From Eledone cirrhosa (Eukaryota): a DNA stretch of 64,000 bases. The notes beneath the pieces are model-generated. The model was given only the letters and a program-made list of their open reading frames with translations, was not told where the DNA came from and did not search any database. The position numbers were made by a program, and so were the translations under genes. Shown one piece after another: positions 13,650 through 27,581 of this stretch; the first letter of the stretch is position 1, and each line of letters starts with the position of its first letter. The stretch is from positions 68,696,001 to 68,760,000 of the forward strand of contig OZ024743.1 of NCBI GenBank assembly GCA_964016885.1, in the 5' to 3' direction.

Positions 13650-16600
13650 AAAAGAAAACCCCGTGACCAAGAAATACCGGGATGGCGGCCGGCGGGGAAT
13701 AGCCATGTCTCTAGGGGAGAACGACCCCTCTAGTCTTGGTTGACACTCGTTCTAGAAGTGGTAACACGGAAAGATTACCCCTTGGCGGATAAGGATAAAA
13801 CGCGACAAAATAAAGTAGATGTCTAATGATGAAATCTCATACCGGATCGGCCGTCACCCGGGTAAAAAAGGGCCGCGTTCCTCAGAGAGGAACCTGACTG
13901 GGGTCGAAAAATCAGCTAATGGTTCAAACCTTCCCATCACTTCGGAGCTGGAGACCTCCCATAACCGGAATACTCCTACTGTTGGCCCTCCATGCTCACC
14001 ACCAAGAAATCCAAAGAAAAAGAGAGAAAAATGGTCAAGGGAAGATAATAAAGAAGTCCTTGAGGCTTTCTACACTGCCATGTACTACCCATCAAATACA
14101 TCGAATACAGAGCAAACATATATCAACTGGAAAAAGAAACATCCCGAAAACAGAGGCTATATTGACAGTAACAAACTAGCCAATATACGAAGAAATATTG
14201 TAAGAAAAAAGTTACTAACTGATATAGAAATTGATCAGATCAAGCTAGTAGCACAAAGTCAGCGAAGGGAAAATGAAGCATGTGTCAGTGAAAACGAGGT
14301 AAACTGTAACACTTCGAATCCCAGAGTTGGGGCGGAATCACTGGCAACAGAACAAATTAAAGAAAGGAGCGAAAAAGTGGAGGGAGTGCATGCTCAGGAT
14401 GAAACTCCAAATGAAAATAATGAGATCGTAAATGATAAAGAAATGAATGAGAATGAACTTGCCAACTTGAAGGATTAAATTATGATCGAATGGATGAAAA
14501 TGAAAGAATCTGACATGGGGGAACGAGACACCCTCCCTAAGATCCAGAACTCCAAACAGAACCAAAAGATAATACACAAGACTAACATAATTCTCAAAAA
14601 CATTATCATCACAAACAAAATAAACATTACTGACTTAAATCATCTCTATTATGCATCGGCTAAAGTCACCACTCACTTATGTGGAGTGAAGATGAAAAAA
14701 CAAAGGAATTCCCACAAGAAATCTACATGGCAAGATAACATCAATCGCCAAATAAACCTTCTCCGATCTGACATAGAAATTTTAACAAACTATAAAGTAG
14801 GTGAACATGTTAAACAAACTAAACTTAGAAAATTGAAAAAAAAGTACAGTATAAGATCAACATGTGACATAGACATGCTGATAGAAACAATCAAGCAAAA
14901 AGTGTCGGCCAAAGCTGCTCGTATAAGGCGCTTTGAAAAACGATCTAGATTCTATAAGGACAATAATATGTTCAAAAACAACCAAAGAAACTTCTACAGA
15001 AAAATTGGTAAGTCAACAATAACTGCTAAATCAATACCACCCAAGGAGGAAGTGCAAGAATTCTGGGAAAAGATCTGGGCCGAAGAAAAAGTTCATAACA
15101 TACATGCCCCATGGATAGACAGACAAATGAAAGAAACAGCTCACCTTGAAGAACAAACATGGGAAAATATAACAGTTGAACAGCTGCGCTTGGCTCTAAG
15201 AAAAACCAGCAAATGGAAATCCCCAGGAAAAGACAAAATACAAAACTTTTGGATAAATGCCTTCACAGAGTCTCATGAGCTGTTAGCCCAACTTTACAAT
15301 GAAATAGTTAAGGAGCCAGAAAAGATACCATCATGGCTAGTTAACGGCATTACATTCCTGCTACCGAAGAATGATGAGACAAACAATCCCAAAAATTACA
15401 GACCGATAACCTGCTTGACCACAATGTATAAAATTTTAACATCAGTCCTAACTGAATACACATATGACCACCTGATAACAAATGACCTATTTCCCATTGA
15501 GCAGAAAGGGTGTAAACGAGGCTCATATGGCTGTAAGGATCAGCTTCTGGTTAACAAAATGATACTGGAAGATTGTCATAATAGACACAAAAACCTATCG
15601 ATTGCTTGGATAGATTATAAAAAAGCATTTGATAGTTTGCCACACAGTTGGATTGAAAAATGTTTAGAGATTTTCAAAATATCCCCCGTTGTCAGGAGGT
15701 TTTTGTCATTCAGTATGAGGACATGGAGAACGACACTCCTTTTGAATAGTGAAACAAAATCACTGGAAGCTGGAGAAGTTAACATTAATTGTGGAATTTT
15801 TCAGGGTGACTCTTTATCACCGCTTTTATTCTGCATCGCACTTATACCATTAAGTAAAATGCTCAATGAAACAAAACATGGATATAGAGTCTATGACAAA
15901 ACCATTAATCACCTGTTCTACATGGATGACCTGAAACTATTTGCAAAAAATGATGAACAATTGCAAGCGCTATTATCCACTGTGAAGCAGTTCAATGATG
16001 ACATTAAAATGGAGTTTGGACTGGATAAATGCGCCAAAGCAACGTTCACCAGAGGAAAGCTGCTGAAGAGTTCAGACATTAATCTTGATCGGGGGAATGT
16101 GATAAGAGAGCTTGATCAAGAACAAACTTACAAATATCTAGGTGTTTGTGAAGGAGACGGAATCAAGCACTCGACAATGAGGGAAAGGATAAGGAAGGAA
16201 TGTTACCGCAGAGTCAGAGCAATCTTAAGAACGGAATTGAATGCAAGGAATAGGATCGATGCCATAAACACGCTTGCCATACCAGTAGTAACCTACAGTT
16301 ACAATGTCATCAACTGGTCAAGCACAGAGATCCGTAGGCTCGATACAAAAATCCGAAAATTCTTAATCATGCACAGAATGCATCACCCTAAGGCAGACAT
16401 AGATAGAATATATCTCCCTAGGAAAGAAGGAGGACGTGGGTTAATCCAGTTAGACATTGCGTTGAAAACTGCAACAATTGGATTATCCACATATCTAAGG
16501 GAATCACATGATTGGATGATCAAACTCGTTTTGAAACACGAAAGCACCAAAAGATCATATTCCATTACAAAAGATGCACAAAGATACAGTAATGGACTAC

Positions 16601-17626
16601 AAATTTCAGAAGTCCCATTTACTGCTGAAATGGAAAACACAGAAAAAGCAAAGCAGGTAAAAGTAACTGCAAAGAAAGAACTGCTACAGAAACTGGCTAA
16701 GAAATGGCAAGAAAAGCCTCTGTATGGAAAATACCCAGAGCGAGCTAACAATCCTGATGTTGACAAAACTTTAACCCATCAGTGGTTGGCATCCTCTGGA
16801 CTGAAATCGGTGACTGAAGGACTGATTATATCCGCACAAGATCAGTGTCTGCCAACAAAAAATTACCAAGCCAACATAATAAAAAATGGGTGCAGCCCAT
16901 TATGCCGTGTATGCAAAAAACAACCAGAGACCATTGACCATATAATTTCAATGTGCAGTCCTATAGCTCCAACCGAATACCTAAACAGGCATGACAGAGC
17001 TGCACAATACATACATTGGATAATGTGTAAGCATTTTGACCTGCCCCATCAAAAGAATTGGTGGGAGCATCAACCACCTCCCATACTTGAAAAAGATCAC
17101 ATCTCAATCTTGTGGAACTTTAGCATCCAAACAGACCGAAAAATAGATGCAAATAGACCTGATATAATATTGAAGGACTTTCAAAGGAGGGTATGCCTGC
17201 TAATTGATATGTCTGTTCCAATAGACAAGAATGTATCTATAAAAACATTTGAAAAATTAAGCAAGTATAAGGACCTGGAGATAGAAATTGGAAAAATGTG
17301 GAAATTGAGAACTAAAACAATACCAGTGGTTGTAGGCGCTCTGGGAATGATACCTAAGGGGTCTAACGACTACTTATCGCAAATCCCAGGAAACCCGCGT
17401 ATAGGAGAAATACAAAAGATAATACTAATGGGAACTGCCCATATACTAAGGAAGATCCTGTCAATATAAGTACATCCCAAGTCTAAACACTAAGGATGCA
17501 TGTGTGAATATGTATGTTCTTTCTTGAACATGGCGGACCTTGTTGTCTCTTGAGGTCACTGGTTGTGACTTGGTGATAACTCGTATAAACATAAAGCAAG
17601 ATAAATGCAAATAATAATAATAATAA
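13650..17626 (+). mobile_element. R4/Dong-clade non-LTR retrotransposon (RT + CCHC + restriction-like endonuclease), near full length, ending in (TAA)n
   Basis: One long reading frame, ~140-bp 3' UTR, ATAATAATAATAAT at 17611-17624; 5' boundary approximate. Confidence 0.88.
13819..17469 (+). CDS. RT-RLE polyprotein (~1215 codons) interrupted by one in-frame TAA at 14476-14478
   Basis: WKSPGKDKI, NYRPITCL, WIDYKKAFDSLPH, GIFQGDSLSP, LFYMDDLK, CRVCKKQPETIDHIISMC, RHD, NRPDII..IDMSVP..KLSKY; ORFs 13819-14478 and 14482-17469 are in the same frame. Confidence 0.92.
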
Positions 17627-17723
17627 ATGTGAAGACTAAAATCCAAAGCCGGCTCGAAAAGGATAAATATATATCGAATATATAAGAATCCTAGAGCAAA
17701 TATTTATTAAAATAAGAGATTAA

Positions 17724-17774
17724 AGTTTAAGCAAAGAATCGCTGCTTTCACCCTTAACGGGATCTTCTGAAACT
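17724..17774 (-). ncRNA. Hammerhead-like motif with variant core CAGAAGA (family D)
   Basis: Minus strand AGTTT-CAGAAGA-TCCC GTTAA GGGT-GAAA-GCA..TGC-TT-AAACT; same sequence at 37773-37823, 38412-38461 and 47352-47402. Confidence 0.55.
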
Positions 17775-18092
17775 GTTTGCTTAGAATAAATGAACCTGCA
17801 ATATTAGGAGTGTTTACTTCTGTATCATTCTGTATCACTGTGTATACATTTATAGATAAATAAGTATATACAGGTACGAACACAGATTTGTACATACATA
17901 TCTCTATATATATATGTATGTGAGTGTGTCAATGTTAATACTATATTTAGATATTGAAGTATGCAGAATATGTAATGGCGGCTGAATGGCAATCATTACT
18001 ATAGACAGAATGCCTTACATTGTTTGGTCGGACACCCTGAGTTGAGGGACCCAATCATATGGATGTCGCTACACCGGTCAAATACTGAGTCG

Positions 18093-18145
<53 letters not shown>

Positions 18146-18283
18146 CTTCTGGTAAAAAAATGTAAAGAAGCCTTTGTTTTGTCATCTGTATTCACACAAT
18201 GTACCTCGTCGACATTAAGTCGCGACTTTCCTCTATGTAAATATGTATGAGTATTACACACACACACACACACAAACACACAA

Positions 18284-18364
<81 letters not shown>

Positions 18365-18410
18365 TATGTGTGTGTGTGTGTGAAGATTGTTATATTCTCG
18401 TATATATATA

Positions 18411-18445
18411 TACTAGCAGAGGTACTCGGCGTTGCTTGGATATTA
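18411..18445 (-). mobile_element. Helitron-like 3' terminus (CTAG|T with subterminal hairpin), degenerate
   Basis: TACTAGCAGAGGTACTCGGCGTTGCTTGG, similar to 31532 and 38231. Confidence 0.5.
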
Positions 18446-19336
18446 AATAGCAGTTGTGTATACCATTTATGTCAATACTTCAGTGCTGCTTCGAAAAGTA
18501 TACTTTTACAAAATCATCGGCTTTTTCCAAAAGGGGGTTCCTTATCCGCCTCTTCCTTTATTCACTTGTTATATATGTATATCTGCCATTATGAGTGTGA
18601 GCGAGTGTATGTGTGTGAGTATGAGCGACTGTTTGTATCGGGGGTGAACGTGTGTGTGTGTGTGAGTGAGTGTGTGTGTGAGAGAGATAGAGAGTGTGTG
18701 TGTATGTGTGTGTGAGTGTGTGTCTGAGTGTGTACCAGTATTTATAGGTGTGTGTGAGCGAGTGTGTGTGTGTATGTTTGAATGTGAACGAGTGTTTGTG
18801 TGTATGTGTATGTGAGTGTGTGTGTGAGTGTGAGCGAGTGTTTATAGGTTTGGGATTGTGTGTGTGTGTGTGTGTGAATGTGAGTGAGTGTGTGTATGTA
18901 TGTGTGTGTGAGTGAGTCCTTGGTTCAATAGTGGATAACCACAGTAAGTAATGTACTCAATACATTAATAGGGTGTGAACATCAAATTCGAATGAAACAT
19001 TCGATCAATTATTGTAACGGTTTATGAATCAGGAAATGGTACCATAAAAAAAGAAGAAATGTTCCACATTAACCTTTTAGATCATATTCAGTCAGAATTG
19101 TCTCACACCTTTCTGTTCAAACTGGCTGTAACTGGTCACTGATACTGATGTTAAGTTATTGTTCTCAAAATAAATAACATCAAAATCTCAAAGAGTCGAT
19201 ATTAAGTGAGATAATTATGTAAAGTATAGCATTTACTGTGAAAATTCAATATATATAGAGTAATATAAATGCTAAAGGGTTACAGTCCATGGTTTTTCCT
19301 AAATATTATGTGCTTTATATATATATACAATATATA

Positions 19337-19570
19337 GGCGCATGGCTTAGTGGTTAGCACATTGGGCTTGCAATCGAAAGGTTGTGAGTTCAGTTCTCGG
19401 ACCGGGTGATGTGTTGTTTCTTTGAGCAAGACACTTTATTTCACGTTGCTCCAGTTTACTTAGTTGTAGAAATGAGATGATAGGTCACTATCATTAAATT
19501 ACCCAAGGCACCTCCAACGAGATATATCTTGGAGGAGGCCAGCTAAACCTGCACTGGTGTGAGCTGTCAC
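19337..19570 (+). mobile_element. tRNA-derived CORE-type SINE
   Basis: A-box TGGCTTAGTGG, B-box GAGTTCAGTTCT, core TTGAGCAAGACACTTTATTTCACGTTGCTCCAG; close paralogue at 52991-53230. Confidence 0.85.
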
Positions 19571-19649
19571 ACACATATATACAAAATAATATGGTTCTCA
19601 AACGATATATGATCCCCCCCCCCCTCTCTCTCTCTCTATATATATATAT

Positions 19650-20098
19650 ATAAGTATGTTTTGAAACAGTGAGCGAGTTTGAAATTAGAAAATATATAGC
19701 TTTCACCGTATTTTTGACTAAAGGAATTTTTAGCTTGATAACGGGGTTTCGAACCCTCAGATAAATGGAAAAAGATGAGTATTGACGTACATGGGAGTCG
19801 AACCCACATCTGTGGTTATCGCGACCACTGTGCTACCATTACACCAACACATCACCCATCTCTTTCCATTCAAATTAGAAACTACTTTCTTAGCGAGTAG
19901 TTTCTAATTTGAATGGAAAGAGATGAGTGATGTGTTGGTGTAATGGTAGCACAGTGGTCGCGATAACCACAGATGTGGGTTCGACTCCCATGTACGTCAA
20001 TACTCATCTTTTTCCATTTATCTGAGGGTTCGAAACCCCGTTATCAAGCTAAAAATTCCTTTAGTCAAAAATACGGTGAAAGCTATATATTTTCTAAT
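19650..20098. repeat. Near-perfect palindrome (~200-bp arms, axis ~19891) with a 35-bp unpaired tail, inserted in (TA)n
   Basis: 19684-19886 is the reverse complement of 19896-20098 (one mismatch seen). Confidence 0.95.
19929..19999 (+). tRNA. tRNA-like cloverleaf (pseudo-tRNA or SINE head; CGA in anticodon position, non-canonical loop); mirror copy 19783-19853 on minus strand
   Basis: GATGTGT/GTACGTC acceptor, GTGT-AATGGTA-GCAC D arm, GTGGT-CGCGATA-ACCAC anticodon arm, GTGGG-TTCGACT-CCCAT T arm; G33 and T37 are non-canonical. Confidence 0.7.
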
Positions 20099-20111
20099 AT
20101 ATATATATATA

Positions 20112-20828
20112 TAATAGTGAAAGATTGAATAATAACATGGTCGGCTGTACAACAAGGGGTTTTATTTCAAGTATTAACAATTGTTTCATTGATCAGGTGA
20201 GTCTAAAGGTCGCTAATCACTCGAAGTTGCGTTACTGGACCTTAAATACAGTGTGTACCTCTGATCAAATCATCGGAATACTAGAGAGTTTTACATATAG
20301 CATTTGTATATATAGATACAACGTAGAATCAAAACAATAACATCAATAATAAAAGATAATGATAAAGAGGTCCTTAGCCCTACCCCTTATGTCTCATCCT
20401 CGTATCTCTCACTTAATTTTTCATTTATTATTTTTTATGTTTTATCTGTCATTTGTTACTACTTTTTATTCTCTACTTCTAACCCTCTGATATTTGACCA
20501 CCCCGTATGTATGTATCTAATGTTGCTTTTCATATTAGTATTATCTCCACACTTACATATTTATACAAACACTTACTCACTACCACCACTATTAAAGTGG
20601 AGTAACGCAACTTCGAGTGATTCCCCTTGTTGTACAGCCGACCATGTTATTATTCAATCTTTCACTATTATTACGCCAAGTACAACCTGTATAGGAATTC
20701 TTGCGAACTCGCTACCTAACTATGGAAACATCTTTTTTAGTCAAACAAAGCCGTACGTTAAAATATCCACAATACAGAGTACTCACAACCTCTAACCTGA
20801 TTACCTATAACGATAACTTGTTATCCCA
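20112..20828. repeat. Inverted-repeat insert in (TA)n: arms 20112-20248 and 20590-20670, tail to ~20828
   Basis: TAATAGTGAAAGATTGAATAATAACATGGTCGGCTGTACAACAAGGGG and its reverse complement; the right arm lacks 20160-20214. Confidence 0.85.
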
Positions 20829-21350
20829 TATATATATATATATATATATGAATTATTGATGCACTGGGAAAATGTCCACTGAAGTTTTCAACTGAGAATC
20901 ATAAGCAGCACAACTATAATATATGTTGTGATACCTTATTATTTTACCCATGCCTGTTCCAGCCGACTAGCTGGGGCCATGCTGTGGGACCGCCATTAGC
21001 GCCAAAATTTCTATAGCCAACTTCCATTCGTTGGTCATTGATGTAGAAGTAATTTGTAACTGCTGCCCTTATTTGTACATCATCTTGTGCTGTCAGTGAT
21101 TGTGTATATATTTACGTGAGTATATAAATAAGCGTTAATATTTATATTATAACTCTTTATGCTTTGTAACTTATAGGGTTGACAGACCATAGTCGATAGG
21201 ATAGATACCACACAAATATCAACCAGCGTCGATATAATCGACTAAAGCATGGAAGCTAGTCCTAAGCATGGCCTTAATCAATGACTGACAACACCAAAGT
21301 AAAACATTTATCAATACACACACACACACATATCTACCTGAGTGTCTGTG

Positions 21351-21432
<82 letters not shown>

Positions 21433-21829
21433 TGTGTTTGTGTTTGCGTGTATACACTGTAACCTTTATGTATATATGAGTGCGTGAGAGTCTGTGTGTC
21501 AGTGTGTGTGTCTCTGTTAGATATATATATATACTAGATTACATCCTTGCGTGTATGCTTAGGGTGTAGTTTCATGTGTGAGCATGCGTGATTTCTGTAA
21601 CAGCTTTATGAATGGGGTTGATATGTGAATCACGCACCCGTTCACCCTGTTGTAAACACGACTTTCTCAATGGTACTTGTCAGTCACCTGGTTTAGAAAA
21701 GTTCTCAAGCGTTCCATTAATCTTAACTTGCTGAACCACCTCAGATATCGCCTGCCTCAAACACAATTGGTTATAATTTAGACATAATCTCCTACCAGCT
21801 GTCATATACACACATAAGGGCAAATGCAA

Positions 21830-22680
<851 letters not shown>

Positions 22681-22766
22681 AAAGAAATCCTTGGCTATCT
22701 CTCACCCAAGTCCTACAATTTATAATTTTTTAACTCTCAACAGATCAATCAATAAAAACTAATGCA

Positions 22767-22767
<1 letters not shown>

Positions 22768-22834
<67 letters not shown>

Positions 22835-22835
22835 C

Positions 22836-22905
<70 letters not shown>

Positions 22906-22906
22906 T

Positions 22907-22939
<33 letters not shown>

Positions 22940-22954
22940 CTGGCGGTAGTAGTG

Positions 22955-22992
<38 letters not shown>

Positions 22993-22993
22993 T

Positions 22994-23041
<48 letters not shown>

Positions 23042-23057
23042 CTGGCGGTAGTAGTAG

Positions 23058-23110
<53 letters not shown>

Positions 23111-23111
23111 C

Positions 23112-23172
<61 letters not shown>

Positions 23173-23212
23173 TGTAGAAGTAGTAGTAGTAGTTGTAGTA
23201 GTAGTAGTAGTG
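22768..23212. repeat. (AGT)n microsatellite with recurring interruptions ACTGG[T/C]GGT and TGTAGAAGT
   Basis: Direct reading. Confidence 0.95.
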
Positions 23213-23778
23213 GGGGTGCTGGTTCTGGTTTTGGCCTTGGTGGTGCTGCTGCTGCTGCCGGTGGTAGTGGTGGTGTGGGTGGTGGTGGTGTTTGTGGCGC
23301 CGATTGTGTTGATGGAAATACCCGACAATTGTCTTTGTTTACCGATGTATTAAACGGATGCTTGTGGTTTTGTTAATGTGCATTTTATGATGTTTATTAT
23401 TATATCATTTATTTATAGTCCACATTCCAGAAATTGAATGGATTGGCTTGGCACAAATCACTTTAAAGTACTATGTTAACACTGCTCGATGATGTCTTTC
23501 TCAAGAAAAATGGTTGTGATGGCCGTATTATGCGTCGAAACCTACACCTGTGTAGAAATCTATAAAGTTCCGACTGATGATCCTGTCCCTCATGGAGTTG
23601 TCTTTCCAGGTGACTGGTAACAGGCTCCCCGAATTGTTGTGATTTAACAAAGTTTCTGCTGTAATTCTTATTGCTCCGAACCCCTGTCATTAACTTCGTC
23701 CACATAGCAAACGTTGACCCCCATAACACAGGCTCCATTGCAACTTCAACACCACAAACAACAACTATCATTATTATG

Positions 23779-24215
23779 TTGGCAGTATCGGTAGAGTGTC
23801 GGACATGCTTTGCAGCATAGTTACGTCCCTTTACGATCTGAGTTCAAATCCCGTCGAGGTTAACTTTGCCTTTCATCCTTACGGGGTCGATAAAATAAAG
23901 TACCAGTAATATACTGGAATAATTGCTGGCCTTGTGCCAAAAGTAGAAACAATTATTATACCAGTAATGCACTGGGTAATTGCTGGCGTTGTGCCTAAAG
24001 TAGAAACAATTATTATTAAAAGCGCGGTGAATTGGCATTATCGGTAGAGTGTCGGATGCCATGCTTTGCAACATAGAGTTACGGCCCTTTATGATCTGAG
24101 TTCAAATCCCGTCGAGGTTAAATTTGCCTTTCATCCTTACGGTGTCGATAAAATAAAGTACCAGTAATGCACTGATTTAATTGCTGGCCTTGTGCCAAGA
24201 GTAGAAATAATTAGT
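23779..24215 (+). mobile_element. Two tandem Nin-type SINE copies with a duplicated tail
   Basis: GAGTTCAAATCCCGTCGAGGTTAA..GCCTTTCATCCTTACGG.GTCGATAAAATAAAGTACCAG twice; tail TGCTGGC..TGTGCC.AAAGTAGAAACAATT repeated. Confidence 0.88.
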
Positions 24216-24507
24216 ATTAAAAGATGTGTCACGACACAAAGTTTTACATGGCTTCTTAAATTTGTTCCGGTTTTACCCTGTTATCAAACCCATCCTAATT
24301 AAACAGGTTGCTGTTTTGCAGTTAAACTAACAAGTATATTCGTGGGCTGGTGAGATATCTTTACTTGTAGCCCTTACAGCCTAAAGCTGTGTTTTTTTAC
24401 CAAACACGTCCTTGATATTTTCTTGAAATTAATAATGTGGACAAAGATATTCCGTCCGCTAGCTAGAACAGCCGGCTGTACATAGAGTAGAACAGCTAAA
24501 ATACACA

Positions 24508-24700
24508 GAATTATTGTTTCTACATTTGACACAAGGTCAACAATTATCCCAGTACATTACTGGTACTTCATTTTATCGACCCCCGTATGGATGAAAGGCA
24601 AAGTTAACCACGGTGGGATTTGAACTCAGAATGGCAAGGGCCGTAACTCTATGCGTCAAAGCATGGCGTCCGGTCCTCTACCGATACTGCCAATTCACCT
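24508..24700 (-). mobile_element. Nin-type SINE
   Basis: Reverse complement of the same consensus. Confidence 0.85.
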
Positions 24701-25059
24701 GAGAGCAGCAGCAACAACAGCAGCACTATTACCACCATTAACAGTACCAAAAACAACTGCAACTAAAACATAAAATCGCGTGCAGCAGCTGTGAATTGTG
24801 ATTTTCCACCACTGTTAAAGTCTACCAAGATGAACGCTGTTGTTCCAACTGCAAACACAATGAACACTAACACCACCGTCACCATACCACCACCACCAAC
24901 ATAACTACAAAACATATAACAGAAACAAACGATAGAAATAACAGCAACATGAATAAAGGATCGATCGACTTTCGTCAACTCGGACCGAGGAAACAATGTT
25001 TTCGTCGGTCTTTCCAGTTGCTAGTACTATCTGTCGGTCGCAACTCCAGGTAGAAAGAG

Positions 25060-25171
25060 CAACCTGAAATAAAGACTCTTTCTCAAGGACATAACGCATC
25101 GCCCGGTCCAGGAATTGAACTCACAACCTCAAGATTGTGAATCCAATTCTCTAGCCACTCAGCCACCCGCC
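25060..25171 (-). mobile_element. CORE-type SINE head fragment
   Basis: Minus strand GGCGGGTGGCTGAGTGGCTAG..GTGAGTTCAATTCCTGGACCGGG..TCCTTGAGAAAGAG. Confidence 0.7.
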
Positions 25172-25449
25172 TTCACAGTAACACGAAAAACAGCTCAAAT
25201 GATAACAAAATAAACCACAAAATGAACAAAACGTTCCCTACGGTGACAGCTAAAGCCAACCAAATGTTTAAGTTGGACAATTTGAACAAGGACAAATGTT
25301 TGGCATAAGCGGTGAAATGTATCAATGTTGATAATATTTGTGTCGACATAAACGTCCCACCCCAATTGTCGGCAGTATCTCCACACGATGTTGAAATAGC
25401 ACTTAGAACCATATGACCGGACATCGAGCAGACATTGCAAGAGCCAGGT

Positions 25450-25820
25450 AATTTGGTACTATTTCAGTGCACTTCAAATGTGCATACCTGGCCGTGAAAG
25501 AAGTTTTGATTTCCTACTGGACAGGCAGACAAATTTATGCCCTATCCGGCGTATCCGAGAAAAAGGACCGTAAATGTCAGAATTGCTGGATATCTGGTGG
25601 CCCCTGGAAGTGACATTTTTCTCAAGCTGAAGAGGACAAAGAAGGAAACATGCTCTCACATTAAAGCAGAAAATATCGTTAAGTTTCTGGACCTTATTCG
25701 CTTGCCGAATAGAGTAGAACTCCATGTCAGTTTTGGCGGTAAGAGACCTCACTCCATCTGTGTGGGTTGACTGGACACTTGAGATCTTTCTGCACCCAAA
25801 CCAAAGCACTAGTTTACCTT
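25450..25820 (+). pseudogene. Degenerate Tx1-type ORF1 relic
   Basis: PAYPRKRTVNVRIAG..DLIRLPNRVELHVSFGGKRPHSICVG aligns by eye with copy C ORF1 PSYCGQRLVKIRVTQ..EVIDLTDGSHLTVIVEGRRPRCVVCG. Confidence 0.5.
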
Positions 25821-26009
25821 GCTTCTACCACCAGGAACTCGAGAGTGAACAACACCAGCAACAGCTAGCAGGTAGTTTTTCTTTATGGTGGCTGTGGCGA
25901 AAGAGATTGTGTGGTGGATGTCGATGAAAGGATTGAGAACAAACACTTTCCTTTTCGGCCAAGCTCTCACTATCCGTTGCAAGTTCCACTTTAAAATGAT
26001 TGTGTGAGT

Positions 26010-26340
26010 CCCTTGCCATTCTGAGTTCAAATCCCGCCGAGGTTAACTTTGCCTTTCATCCTTACGGGGTCGATAAAATAAAGTACTAGTAATACACTGG
26101 TGATGGCTGGCCTTGTGCCAAAAGTAGAAACAATTATTATTATTATTGTTGTTGGCGGTGAATTGGCAGTATGGGTAGAGGGTCAGACGCCATGCTTTCT
26201 AGCATAGTTACGTCCCTTTACAGTCTGTGTTCAAATCTCGCCGAGGTTGACTTTGCCTTTCATCCTTACGGGGTCTATAAAATAAAGTACCAGTAATGTA
26301 CTGTGTAATTGCTGGCCTTGTGCCTAAAGTAGAAACAATT
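26010..26340 (+). mobile_element. Two Nin-type SINE copies (first is 5'-truncated)
   Basis: Same consensus at 26010-26135 and 26153-26340. Confidence 0.88.
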
Positions 26341-26509
26341 ATTATTGTTGTTGTTGCTTTGTTGTAATTTAATGAGCGGTAATACTTTTTAAGGAGATAA
26401 AAAAAAGAACAAATTAGGGAAATGTTTATTGATTTTAATGTTCTGACAATTGCAATAGCTTCCTGGAAACTTTAGCTGTGTTGTCAGTTGATTGAGTGTG
26501 TAATATACG

Positions 26510-27035
26510 CAGACACAACACAACACACACACACACACACACTGAGACTCACATACATTCACACACACTGTGTCTCTCACACACACAGGGTCTCAGACCT
26601 ACACACAGTGTCTCACACACACACACAGTGTCTCTGACACACACACACTGTGTCTCTCACGCACACTGAGTCTCACACACACACAGAGTGTCTCTGACAC
26701 ACACTGTGTCTCTCTCACGGACACACTGGGTCTCTCTCACACACACTGGGTCTCTCTCACGCACACACTGGGTCTCTCTCACACACACTGGGTCTCACAC
26801 ACACACTGGGTCTCCCACAAACTGAGTCTCTCACACAGACGGTGTCCCTCACACACACTCTCTCTCTCACACACACACACTCAGTCTCTCAGCCACTCAG
26901 TCCCCCACACACTCAATCTCTCACACACACACACTCTCTCTCCCACACACTCAATCTCTCACACACACACACACACACACTCTCTCCCACACACTCAGTC
27001 TCTCACACACACTCAGAATCTGACACACACACAGC
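26510..27035. repeat. Degenerate CA/CT-rich minisatellite (units like TCTCACACACACTG[G/A]G)
   Basis: Direct reading. Confidence 0.85.
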
Positions 27036-27205
27036 AGTCCCTGTTTCCACACCGCCTATATAGGTGTAGTGTTAGTTTCTACTGGTTCTACTGGCTGCCA
27101 ATCAATGAGTCTTCACTCAGGATTAACTCTTGATTAAATGTCGAGAGAAGTAGAGAAAACCAAGAAATGACTAATACATACAGATGTTGCTCTTCTTGCT
27201 TATTA

Positions 27206-27396
27206 GGGCGGTGGATTGGCAGTATCGGTAGAAGATCGGACGCCAAGCTTTGATACATAGATTTACGGCCCTTTCCAATCTGAGTTCAAATCCCGCCGAG
27301 GTTAACTTTGCTTTTCATCCTTACGTGGTCGATAAAATAAAGTATCAGTAATGCACTGGGTAATTGCTGGCCTTGTGCCAAAAGTAGAAACAATTA
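27206..27396 (+). mobile_element. Full-length Nin-type SINE with TTCTTGCTTATT flanking duplication
   Basis: GGCGGTGGATTGGCAG head, B-box, core and tail. Confidence 0.9.
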
Positions 27397-27581
27397 TTCT
27401 TGCTTATTGATTTGGTTATGTTCTCTTCTTTCTTTATTGCTTCAATTCGATTCCCCTCAGTATTAACCATTTAGCATTTACATTACTTAATATATACTAT
27501 TGTATTTTCATGGTAAAAGCTTTACCTCACATAATTATCGCACAGAGTAGGTTTATTTACAATAGTTTATAACTTTACCTA

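Noticed and set aside
19929-19999. Functional tRNA-Ser(CGA) gene
   Set aside because: Lacks U33, purine 37 and the long variable arm of tRNA-Ser; sits inside a mobile palindrome
22759-23376. Poly-Thr/Ser/Val ORFs resembling a mucin
   Set aside because: Stop-free frames of an (AGT)n microsatellite; no signal peptide, domain or exon context
23570-23620. CTGATGA as a possible hammerhead
   Set aside because: No GAAA or helix III at a suitable distance
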